Source: a virus
Length of the DNA: 13,388 nucleotides
Reading direction: 5' to 3' (one strand)
Virus record (IMG/VR): IMGVR_UViG_3300045988_103977
The notes beneath the pieces are model-generated. The model was not told the DNA's origin, did no database searches, and worked only from the letters and a program-made list of their open reading frames with translations. Positions 1 to 7,194 of the stretch are shown here, one piece after another. The position numbers and the translations under genes were made by a program. Within the stretch, counting starts at the first letter, position 1. Each line of letters starts with the position of its first letter.

Positions 1-43
1 AAAGTATATACATATCCGTGTGTCACGGACATTTTCCCCAATT

Positions 44-117
44 TGTCCGCCAGTGACGGACACAGTTCTCTCCGTCTGTCCGCCGCCGACAAACACAAAC
101 CGCCCGATTTGTCCGCC
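44..117. repeat. Phased TGTCCGCC boxes inside the ITR (mirrored at 13272..13345)
   Basis: TGTCCGCC occurs at 44-51, 77-84 and 110-117, exactly 33 bp apart. Two of the copies extend to ATTTGTCCGCC. Inverted copies of the core, CGGACA, lie at 26-31 and 57-62. A short palindrome, TCCGTG-TGT-CACGGA, lies at 15-29. Confidence 0.85.
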
Positions 118-153
118 GTCGAAGAACACATAAACCAAACATATGTTCGAAAT

Positions 154-234
154 GTGGCTCCCTCGCTCCGCTCGGTCGCCCGTGGCTCCCTCCGCTCGGT
201 CGCTTACCGCTCCGCTCCCTCCGGTCGCTCCGCC
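154..234. repeat. GC-rich degenerate tandem repeat inside the ITR (mirrored at 13155..13235)
   Basis: GTGGCTCCCTCGCTCCGCTCGGTCGC (154-179) is followed by GTGGCTCCCTCCGCTCGGTCGC (182-203), the same unit minus CGCT. A permuted third unit (207-234) is built from the same CCGCTC / GCTCCCT / CGGTCGC blocks. I counted 62 G+C in these 81 nt, with a single A on the top strand, in an otherwise AT-rich genome. Confidence 0.85.
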
Positions 235-294
235 ATGAGTTAGTCCTGATTAACTACTAGGGAACAAAGTTAATCCTAACTAACTCACCCACTC

Positions 295-321
295 AAAAAG
301 AGGGCAACCTTAGTCACCCTC
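295..321 (-). terminator. Rho-independent terminator closing the minus-strand late operon
   Basis: The minus strand reads GAGGGTGAC-TAAG-GTTGCCCTC followed by TTTTT. That is a 9-bp stem including two G-U pairs and a 4-nt loop. It lies 11 nt after the stop of the 332..1618 gene and just outside the ITR. Confidence 0.75.
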
Positions 322-331
322 TCATACCTCA

Positions 332-1618
332 TTAATAAGGTCTGTTGAAATCATAACCTAAAAATGGAATGTCAAAACTCAGATACATTTTTGCAGAACT
401 GAATGAGATAGCATTCATGTCCGCACCGTAAATGAATATCTTACCATTAGATGCAATCGTAGCCTTGCAAGTAATAGCCGCACCTGTACTACTAACACCA
501 CCCTCTTGTACTGCTAATGTAAACATATAACTTGTGGACGGTCTGAACACTTCCGGCACAGTACATACTTCAACCCAACGTCCCGTATTGTTTGTTGGTT
601 TAAAAGTGCCGAATAGCCTAATAATAATTCTGTCTGTACCGTAGTTTACAAAACATCCTGACGCATCTGCTGTAAATTCCGGTTTAAATGTGAACCCGCT
701 AACTACATTAGCACCTGGAACTTGTTCATAATATCTACCAATGTCCATGTTCTCACCTACTGACAGAATGTGCAAGAACCACTGTGCGAGAATAGGTGCG
801 TATTCCGCTGTGTAATGTAAGTTCGGTGTATCCTGAAAGCACCACTCTGTAGTGGTAGCATCTGACACATTAATAATAGGTGCTTTTCCGAATCCGTCAA
901 TATAGTTCCATCCATATTTAACGCAATAGGTGCTGTATAACCGCCAGTATGCAATCTGAGGAATAATCCAATTATCGGGCATATGACGTTTGTTTTTATA
1001 TGTACTCACCAGATACACCTGTGCTTTTGGGTTGATAGATTCTGCATGGGCACGAATCTTATCAAGACTCGCTGTCATATCTGCAATGGTACGCTGTTTC
1101 GCAAGGTCATTAATTCCGCACCAGATTAACAGAATATCAAATTTCGTGGTAATACCCTCAAACCTCGTAGCCTGCTGTTCAAGTGTTTCGCCCGCTACTG
1201 CATGGTTAGTCACTGTCATATTAATGTTAGCAACAAGTTTTCTGAACTCAGTCACCCATGCGCATTTTTTAGGGTCTGATAAGCTATCACCTAAAATCAA
1301 TAATGACTTGTTTTGTAACGTATTGAGATAACTTACCGCCCCATATGTAGATTCTATAATTTCGCTGAAAGTTCCGTCAGCCCGATATCTGTCTAACTGT
1401 TCGTAAGTATTTACTTGTACAAGCCGTGGTATATCATTTACTTTTTTCGTGTAATCCTCAACAAAAGTATTAACTTTTTTATCCTGTGCTTCAATCTTTT
1501 TTGTTATGTCGGTTGTGAAATCATTATATCCAGTTAATAAGTCTTTCATGGTACTAATCAACCAGTCAAGATTCATTTCGTGAAAATTGGTGAATGGAAA
1601 CTTATTCCAAAATGCCAT
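332..1618 (-). CDS. Tail fibre / receptor-binding protein with a central SGNH (GDSL) esterase domain
   Basis: 428-aa ORF with AAGGAGG 8 nt upstream of the ATG. SGNH blocks are visible: LLILGDSLSD (block I), HAVAGET (II), LLIWCGINDL (III) and NLHYT (V-like). The N-terminus FWNKFPFTNFHEMNLDWLI plus a Lys/Asp-rich helical stretch looks like a fibre anchor. The C-terminal ~130 aa are beta-rich. It is the last gene of the structural operon. Confidence 0.65.
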   Translation of the reverse strand: MAFWNKFPFTNFHEMNLDWLISTMKDLLTGYNDFTTDITKKIEAQDKKVNTFVEDYTKKVNDIPRLVQVNTYEQLDRYRADGTFSEIIESTYGAVSYLNTLQNKSLLILGDSLSDPKKCAWVTEFRKLVANINMTVTNHAVAGETLEQQATRFEGITTKFDILLIWCGINDLAKQRTIADMTASLDKIRAHAESINPKAQVYLVSTYKNKRHMPDNWIIPQIAYWRLYSTYCVKYGWNYIDGFGKAPIINVSDATTTEWCFQDTPNLHYTAEYAPILAQWFLHILSVGENMDIGRYYEQVPGANVVSGFTFKPEFTADASGCFVNYGTDRIIIRLFGTFKPTNNTGRWVEVCTVPEVFRPSTSYMFTLAVQEGGVSSTGAAITCKATIASNGKIFIYGADMNAISFSSAKMYLSFDIPFLGYDFNRPY

Positions 1619-1630
1619 AATTATACCTCC

Positions 1631-2296
1631 TTAATATACGCTTAAACAGAACCTATCTCTAAAATCATACACAATCTTATTGATAACATTCATTTCTGCA
1701 ACCATATTCAATCTACTTGCAGAATCGAAAAATTTCCCATAATCTGTGAATGTTTTTGTCTGATTTCTGTTCACGTTATTTTCTGTGGATTCATCATCGG
1801 TAAGATTAACACTATTGTATGTCGTAGTGTTATTGAATGAGTCAGTATTATCTTTTGGTTTTGCTTCACTCTCATTAAATCCATACACTGAGTTATTAAT
1901 ACTACCACTTTCATTATAACTGGTATTAGTACTACCACCACGGTGTAATGACCTAACGCTTGTAGCATCATCTTTCCCTGTCAACACTTCTTGCGAACTA
2001 CCCAGTAAAATGTTACTCACATCAACTTCTACAGCCTGTTGTGCGGAATAGTACGCTTTCCACACTCCTGTCTGGTTATCAGCCCAACTTTTCACAATTT
2101 TCTTAAAGAACGTAGGGTTCGGCAGTGTGACTTCCAGTTCACCACATTCATATACCAGTAAATCCTCTAAACGTTCCAACATATTTACCGCAATCGTTTC
2201 GGTCTTGAACAAAGCAATAAATACATCAAGGAACGTATTGTCAATGATATTTTCATCCCAGTATATTAACCCGACTATAGATACATAAGCACTCAC
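1631..2296 (-). CDS. Putative lower collar (phi29 gp11-like) protein
   Basis: 221-aa ORF with a GTG start and GAGGTGA 4 nt upstream. It lies downstream of the portal gene, as in phi29 (gp10 then gp11). It has an Asn/Ser/Thr-rich central region. The assignment is mostly positional. Confidence 0.4.
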   Translation of the reverse strand: MSAYVSIVGLIYWDENIIDNTFLDVFIALFKTETIAVNMLERLEDLLVYECGELEVTLPNPTFFKKIVKSWADNQTGVWKAYYSAQQAVEVDVSNILLGSSQEVLTGKDDATSVRSLHRGGSTNTSYNESGSINNSVYGFNESEAKPKDNTDSFNNTTTYNSVNLTDDESTENNVNRNQTKTFTDYGKFFDSASRLNMVAEMNVINKIVYDFRDRFCLSVY

Positions 2297-2305
2297 ATTA
2301 TCACC

Positions 2306-2374
2306 TCATTTCGTAAAATCTGCCCACACCACAATAGCAACAGCAACCAGAAAAGCAATCGTTATCTTAACCAT
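2306..2374 (-). CDS. Possible 22-aa hydrophobic micro-ORF (MVKITIAFLVAVAIVVWADFTK)
   Basis: Not in the ORF track because it is under 60 aa. Its ATG overlaps the portal stop codon (ATGGTTAA). It fills the otherwise non-coding 70-nt gap between the portal and collar genes. It encodes one transmembrane-like segment. Confidence 0.3.
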   Translation of the reverse strand: MVKITIAFLVAVAIVVWADFTK

Positions 2375-3287
2375 CTTCCCTACCTTTCCGCCAGTCAACC
2401 CACACGGCACTACTCAGTTTGTCGCCAAACATAGCATTGATTCTGTTACAACTTTTCTGTAATTCTTCTAACCACAAGTCACATTTACTATGTGTCTCAA
2501 AGTCGTTGCTTTCAGCCTCAGCCGTGATTAACCTTTCTTTCTTGTCTGACCTCACGTTAGGAATACCAACGTCATTACAGAACATTTCTTCCCAACGTCT
2601 GAGTGTGTCCTGTAAATCGGGTGCGATGAAATTTTCTCGCAACTTATTTGCAAACGTTGTCCACGGGTCTGTAGTATTTCCCATAGAATCCCTACGTCTG
2701 AGATTATTACCATAATATACTGCGGTATTTCCGGACATAATCTGGTCAAACGTTTTTTTCAATGCCTCAGCTTGTACTTTTCCATCCACACCAAACATAT
2801 AAGTCAACTTACTGTTAGCAATATTAATCTCACAGGTTTCTGCTGTCAGTGCCATGTTATCCGCATAGTAAGAACATATGTCCATAACACCACACCAGTC
2901 TGGCTGTAATCTGAGAATCACACAATCTTTGTTGATTCTTTTTATGTTAATACCTCTCAACAATGGGTTTGCAATATTAACCTCTGTCGGTTGATAAAAA
3001 ATATTGTAACCCTGTAAACCACAAGCCTGCGGAATCACGCCGTATTTGTCAGTTTCGAAAACACATAGGAATCCCCAACAGTATAACGTATATAAGAAGT
3101 AATTTTTGTCCCACTCTTCCGGTAATTCCCACTTGAATACCGACATACATTTCTGTATAAGATACCTCAGAAAATAGGAATATAACTGAGTGTTCTTGCA
3201 ATGTAATGTCGACGGGGAATAACTGGAAGTGTACAAATTAATCATATCATAACTAACAGGTACATTAGTATCAAAAACCGTCATCAT
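2367..3287 (-). CDS. Portal / upper collar connector (phi29 gp10-like)
   Basis: 306-aa ORF. FLRYLIQKCMSVFKWELPEEW resembles phi29 gp10 YLNYLQSLAYQLFEWENLP. DKKERLITAEAESNDFETHS...CNRINAMFG resembles gp10 EKKERMVTDEVSSNDEQ...CEKINELYG. Both phi29 sequences are recalled from memory. AAGGGGTGA lies upstream of two adjacent ATGs (3287 or 3284). Confidence 0.8.
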   Translation of the reverse strand: MMTVFDTNVPVSYDMINLYTSSYSPSTLHCKNTQLYSYFLRYLIQKCMSVFKWELPEEWDKNYFLYTLYCWGFLCVFETDKYGVIPQACGLQGYNIFYQPTEVNIANPLLRGINIKRINKDCVILRLQPDWCGVMDICSYYADNMALTAETCEINIANSKLTYMFGVDGKVQAEALKKTFDQIMSGNTAVYYGNNLRRRDSMGNTTDPWTTFANKLRENFIAPDLQDTLRRWEEMFCNDVGIPNVRSDKKERLITAEAESNDFETHSKCDLWLEELQKSCNRINAMFGDKLSSAVWVDWRKGREDG

Positions 3288-3288
3288 A

Positions 3289-3948
3289 TCACCCCTTTAA
3301 GAAATAATCGAGCCACTGTCTTGTGTATTCAACTCTTCGTGGCTGTTCAACAACTGCCGGACGTAAGTAATTTGCGGCAAAAGCATAGGTCAATTTTTCC
3401 AAGTCATAGTTGAGCTGATTAAAAGCCCACTGACGGAAATCACATGGATATTTCGTGGTCTTATACCACTGAGGTTCAATCCCTCTGTGTGCTTCACCAA
3501 CACTCTCTTGATACTCAGCATAGATTACACCAAGCTGTTTGTTTCCGTCATACCAGTCAGAGTGACCCCCATACAGAACGTCAAGAACTTTGTAGAGGTC
3601 GGATGCGGGTGTCCACTGTACCAGTCCATGTCCTGCGCCTGCTGATGTAGTACCACCACCAACTTCAATAAGACCCGGATTCAGTGTACTCTCACCTTGC
3701 ATATTTCCAAGGAGTGCCGCAACGCTATTAACATTCCATCCCAATTTCTGATAGAAGTAATCCCATATGATTGTGGCGTTGCTCTTCATGTCGGCATCGT
3801 TAAGATATCCTGCTGATGTATCAGTAACTACAGTTTTCCATTCCCCTGCGGGTGTGATAGGTGGTACTATTCCGCCACCACCTTGCTGTTTTCCGAGAAT
3901 GTAGAATATTAGAGCTAATCCATTACCCTCATTGTAATAACTACGCAT
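3289..3948 (-). CDS. Lysozyme-like peptidoglycan hydrolase (phage tail lysozyme type), probably virion-associated
   Basis: I place the start at ATG 3948 (MRSYYNEG...), which overlaps the tail-knob stop by 8 nt. The track start at 4008 lies deep inside the upstream gene. The motif AALLGNMQGESTLNPGLIEVGGG...GHGLVQWTP matches the signature of phage tail lysozymes (GN.q.ES..np followed by G.GL.QWT). The N-terminus has a short hydrophobic stretch (GLALIFYILG) followed by GGGG and a Pro-rich linker. Confidence 0.6.
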   Translation of the reverse strand: MRSYYNEGNGLALIFYILGKQQGGGGIVPPITPAGEWKTVVTDTSAGYLNDADMKSNATIIWDYFYQKLGWNVNSVAALLGNMQGESTLNPGLIEVGGGTTSAGAGHGLVQWTPASDLYKVLDVLYGGHSDWYDGNKQLGVIYAEYQESVGEAHRGIEPQWYKTTKYPCDFRQWAFNQLNYDLEKLTYAFAANYLRPAVVEQPRRVEYTRQWLDYFLKG

Positions 3949-5341
3949 AATACACCCCACTTTCCAGAAAATTCTTAACCTCATCAATTTCAGCTTCATA
4001 TGCCCCACTTATAGGTGTGCTACCATTCTCAACCTCATAATAACCAACCCCAAGTGCTGAGAATTTACCGTTTTTGCAATAAGGTCTACCATTATCCGCC
4101 CTGTCCTCATCAACTAATAACATACAGTCAATATAACAATACACATCAGAAGTCAATCCGATAGTTGACCCTTGTCCACCTTTTGTAGATACTTCCGACG
4201 AACCTACAGCCATGACACTATCTGCAACTCCCTTTGCAAAGCCGCCAATATCGAGCTTAAATAACGAACCTAATGCGTTACTTACACCCGTTGATACGTT
4301 TGAATAATTGGTTTTTATGTCACTTGTTGCAATGGAAACACCAACATTAGAGTACATGATACCAAGTAGCTCATTTCCACCACCAGTATTTTTAACTAAT
4401 AGACGGCATACCGCATGACCTGTACGCGGGTCTATATCTGCAAATATGTTAATACTCTCCCCATCTCTTATTTTACCACTGTCAACAGTAAGGCAACCAA
4501 AAGGCGGAATATATACTCTGATATATCTATATGGTTGACAGTTAAGATAATTACCACGTTCTAACTGTGGATGTGATGTAGGAGTGACAGAGGTTGCTTT
4601 TGTTTTCCACAAATCATCATCCAATTTATATAATGTCAGTCCTGTTACATCCCACCAGCCGATAGAAATACCCGACATTTCTGTGCCGCCAAGTGTGAAT
4701 GGAAACCATGTTACTGATGTAATATACTGAGCCGGATTTACTGCTATCTGTATCAGATTGTCAGATATTCCTGAGATTCCCTCACCAGTCATCCACTTTA
4801 TATTGCTGAATATTGCACTTGCAAGTTTCTTAAAGTTTGGGGGATTCATTGCATAATAGTTGCAAAGTCCCTGTTTGTTCACAACACCTACTACATAAGA
4901 CCCTGCCACATCAAAACCCTGTTCAATCTGCCATAGAGGTTCCCCAGTTACAGCTTGCCTGTTAACCTGCGGCTTTTTTGGATAAAGAGCGTCAGCAATA
5001 CCACCATCAAAAGAAGTAGAAGACCTTACCACATAGTAGTTATAGTCTTTAATAGTATCTTTATATGTCGCAAGAACATCAACCCGAAGAGAACAAGTCC
5101 ACATATTATCTTCATTTTTCCAGTCCGTAATCCAATACCACCGTGAAAACGCTTCAATATATGCCATGTTATAGATTGACGGATTAAAAGTTTCCGCACT
5201 GTTAGCAATCGTAATAACAGGAGTCAGCACCCCTGTTCCCTCTTTAACGACACAGTTCAAGGTTCGTCCTGCTTCACCCTCAGGTACATACATACTGTTT
5301 TTTCGTTTTGCAACCTTGTATAATTTAACCTCAAAACTCAT
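3941..5341 (-). CDS. Tail knob / distal tube protein (phi29 gp9-like)
   Basis: 466-aa ORF with AAGGGGA 7 nt upstream of the ATG. In the N-terminal third, YNMAYIEAFSRWYWITDW...CSLRVDVLATY resembles phi29 gp9 YNASYIMFQ...NKWFYAFVTE...FEIDVLQTW (from memory). Its position directly after the capsid gene matches phi29. Confidence 0.6.
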   Translation of the reverse strand: MSFEVKLYKVAKRKNSMYVPEGEAGRTLNCVVKEGTGVLTPVITIANSAETFNPSIYNMAYIEAFSRWYWITDWKNEDNMWTCSLRVDVLATYKDTIKDYNYYVVRSSTSFDGGIADALYPKKPQVNRQAVTGEPLWQIEQGFDVAGSYVVGVVNKQGLCNYYAMNPPNFKKLASAIFSNIKWMTGEGISGISDNLIQIAVNPAQYITSVTWFPFTLGGTEMSGISIGWWDVTGLTLYKLDDDLWKTKATSVTPTSHPQLERGNYLNCQPYRYIRVYIPPFGCLTVDSGKIRDGESINIFADIDPRTGHAVCRLLVKNTGGGNELLGIMYSNVGVSIATSDIKTNYSNVSTGVSNALGSLFKLDIGGFAKGVADSVMAVGSSEVSTKGGQGSTIGLTSDVYCYIDCMLLVDEDRADNGRPYCKNGKFSALGVGYYEVENGSTPISGAYEAEIDEVKNFLESGVYYA

Positions 5342-5356
5342 AACATTTCCCCTTAA

Positions 5357-5376
5357 AATGTTTCACGTGAAACATT
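5357..5376. promoter_or_regulatory. Perfect 20-bp palindrome AATGTTTCACGTGAAACATT (operator-like site 1)
   Basis: Self-complementary over 5357..5376. The 14-bp core GTTTCACGTGAAAC is at 5360..5373. It abuts and partly overlaps the minus-strand TATAAT at 5379..5374, so it covers the predicted transcription start. Confidence 0.55.
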
Positions 5377-5401
5377 ATAATAACGTCCCACGTGAAACCA
5401 A
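5374..5401 (-). promoter_or_regulatory. Predicted sigma-A type promoter for the tail/portal operon
   Basis: The minus strand reads TTGGTT (5401..5396), a 16-nt spacer, then TATAAT (5379..5374). It lies in the 64-bp gap between the capsid gene and the tail-knob gene. Confidence 0.5.
5385..5398. promoter_or_regulatory. Degenerate copy of the palindrome (GTCCCACGTGAAAC, 12/14 match; site 2)
   Basis: It shares CACGTGAAAC with the core. Its centre lies 25 bp from the centre of site 1. It overlaps the spacer and -35 of the predicted promoter. Confidence 0.45.
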
Positions 5402-5405
5402 AATA

Positions 5406-6602
5406 TCAATCTAACAGGAAAACAACCGCATTTTCTGTGAAGTCATTCCAGTACCTATCGTTAAAGTGCCACCAAACGTTCATGTATTCGCCCCTTGCAT
5501 TGTAAGGAGTAGTAGCAGTTCTTGCCCCATAGGTTGTGATTCCTGCCGCCTCTTCGTCCATAAGAATACCGAAAATGTTTGATGTAGCTGTTCCAGTTCC
5601 ATCTTCTGCTATAGAGCCATCTTCACCGATATATCGTGCTTTAACATTAATTCCCATTGGTGTTTTAATGGACTGCCAGAAATTAACGCCCTCGTAGTCC
5701 ATCATCTTGAGGTACTGTTCGTTAAACACACTGGAAAATACAGAACTTTCAACGTTGTTCATTTCTGGCGTGTAGAGATATAATCTCTGATTCTGAACAG
5801 GGGTGTGCCGCATGACATTGTGACCTGTAATATTGACATGATACTGTAATGACCTTTCTGTTAAAAATCCGGAAATCGTTTTAATTCTGGAAAATGCCCA
5901 CTTATAGAACGGCACGAAATTTTCTGGTTTCTTAACGGTAGCACTGTCAAGTGTAAGCCCTGTCACGTCGTTATACTCAGTGACAAGATGAATAACGTTG
6001 GATGTATCACCTTTAACTTTTCCACCAATTAAGTTGCAAATAGTTGCCCTCGCGGTATTCTCGTGGCACTGTTCAATCATGTCCATAGTGTTCTGGACAA
6101 GCATCGTGTAAAATCTCTCAAACTCTTCTTCATTCTGCAAAGCGATATTCAACTGGTCACGGAAAATAGTGTAGTGCTTACTGTATACACACTGTCCATA
6201 AAAATTGGTCTGTAAAATGTCTGGCTTGCTTACAATGTCAGCATCAATACTCTCACCATCGGTTAAGTCATAAGAAACATTTTGCTCCCAATCTTTATCC
6301 CCGATGTTAATTTTTCGGACATGGTTTCCCCATTTCATGTTATCCACAAAAAGTCCTGCAAACTTACGATTGTATGGACGAATGGAAAAAATAGTTCTTG
6401 AAATAACCTGTGATATAGCATTAAGTAATGCATCTGGTGCAATACCTAATGCCACGTTAGCTACAGTCACAAAATGCGAACCAGATATAGCAGTTATGGC
6501 ATCTACCCCAGTAGCTTGCTTAACAATAGAATTAAGTGTAGCGATAGAGTTAAATGAACTTACATTTGGTTTACCTGCATCAATATAACCGTTAGTTCCC
6601 AT
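5406..6602 (-). CDS. Major capsid protein (phi29 gp8-like, HK97 fold expected)
   Basis: 398-aa ORF. The C-terminal [24 protein letters not shown] resembles phi29 gp8 [37 protein letters not shown] resembles VLVDKDWFMVY. Both phi29 sequences are from memory. The gene follows a scaffold-like gene, as in phi29. Confidence 0.8.
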   Translation of the reverse strand: [398 protein letters not shown]

Positions 6603-6608
6603 ACTCCA

Positions 6609-7172
6609 TTACCCCCTTGTCATAATTTCTGGTGGATTAATAATAGCCGCTGTCATTTCATCAACAGTCGGAACATGATTCCCGCCAGATAAATCCTGTG
6701 CAATCCCATTCGCCTGTACCGCTCTAGTCAGTGCATTGATGGAATTGGTCAACTGGTCATTGTTTGGGAACTGTCGGTTCACAATGCTCTGAGTCGGCAT
6801 CCCACTGTAATTTCCCTGCTGAAAAGCATAGTCTACCATCTGACTCTGTGCCTGTCCTGCCATTGCCGGATTCGTAAGCTGTCCCTGTAATAATTCCGGT
6901 GGTGTGACCATCTGCTGTGTCATTGCTCCCACTGGAACTGGCGGCATTCCCATGTTTGGCTGTGGTGCTGGTGCTGGTGCTGGTGCTGGTGCTGGTGCTG
7001 GTGCTGGTGCTGGTGATGGTGCTGGTGCTGGTGCTGGTGCTGGTGCTGGTGCTGGTGCTGGTGCTGGTGCTGGCTGATTATAAGCGACTGTAGTCTGGCT
7101 GTTCACAAGAGACAGAATGTCGGCTTTTGTAAAGCCTGCCCCGGCTAATGCGATAATGTCATTCATTGTCAT
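6609..7172 (-). CDS. Putative scaffolding protein with a 40-residue (X-Pro)20 tract
   Basis: 187-aa ORF with AAAGGAG 9 nt upstream of the ATG. It lies immediately upstream of the capsid gene, the phi29 gp7 position. It has a short helical N-terminus, then QP(AP)9SP(AP)8QP, then a Gln/Met/Pro-rich region and a C-terminal helical part. The function is positional inference. Confidence 0.45.
   Translation of the reverse strand: MTMNDIIALAGAGFTKADILSLVNSQTTVAYNQPAPAPAPAPAPAPAPAPAPSPAPAPAPAPAPAPAPAPQPNMGMPPVPVGAMTQQMVTPPELLQGQLTNPAMAGQAQSQMVDYAFQQGNYSGMPTQSIVNRQFPNNDQLTNSINALTRAVQANGIAQDLSGGNHVPTVDEMTAAIINPPEIMTRG
6957..7076. repeat. Hexanucleotide tandem repeat (TGGTGC)n, 20 units, coding
   Basis: There are 17 perfect TGGTGC units plus one TGGTGA (7011..7016) across 6963..7070. 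These are flanked by TGGCTG variants at 6957 and 7071. The repeat encodes the Pro-Ala tract on the minus strand. Confidence 0.95.
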
Positions 7173-7194
7173 AGCTTTGTTTCTCCTTTTAATT

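Larger units (their letters stand above)
1..285. repeat. Left inverted terminal repeat (ITR-L), 285 bp
   Basis: Bases 1..285 are the exact reverse complement of 13104..13388, compared base by base. Identity breaks at 286/13103, then 4 more nt match after a 1-nt indel. The tip is AT-rich (AAAGTATATACATAT) and begins with AAAGTA, the hexamer that forms the phi29 terminal repeat. Confidence 0.95.

Noticed and set aside
43-243. 66-aa ORF in the left ITR and its identical twin at 13146..13346
   Set aside because: The identity of the two products follows simply from the ITR. The ORF has a TTG start without a ribosome-binding site. Its low-complexity Ser/Arg/Ala sequence is dictated by the GC-rich tandem repeat. 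The reading frames point inward from the genome tips, where no promoter is evident.
3949-4008. N-terminal extension of the hydrolase ORF (track start 4008)
   Set aside because: It overlaps the last 20 codons of the tail-knob gene. The ATG at 3948 gives the usual short overlap seen between the other coupled genes.
5357-5376. The 20-bp palindrome considered as an intrinsic terminator or attenuator after the capsid gene
   Set aside because: On the minus strand it can form an 8-bp AU-rich stem followed by only UUUU-AAGG, which is weak. The other copies of the same sequence have no U-tract, and one is degenerate in one arm only. Conservation of the DNA sequence favours a protein-binding site. A partial attenuator role cannot be excluded.
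6957-7076. Tandem repeat array considered as a CRISPR array or non-coding minisatellite
   Set aside because: The units are 6 bp with no spacers and lie in frame inside a 187-aa ORF. It is a coding Pro-Ala repeat.
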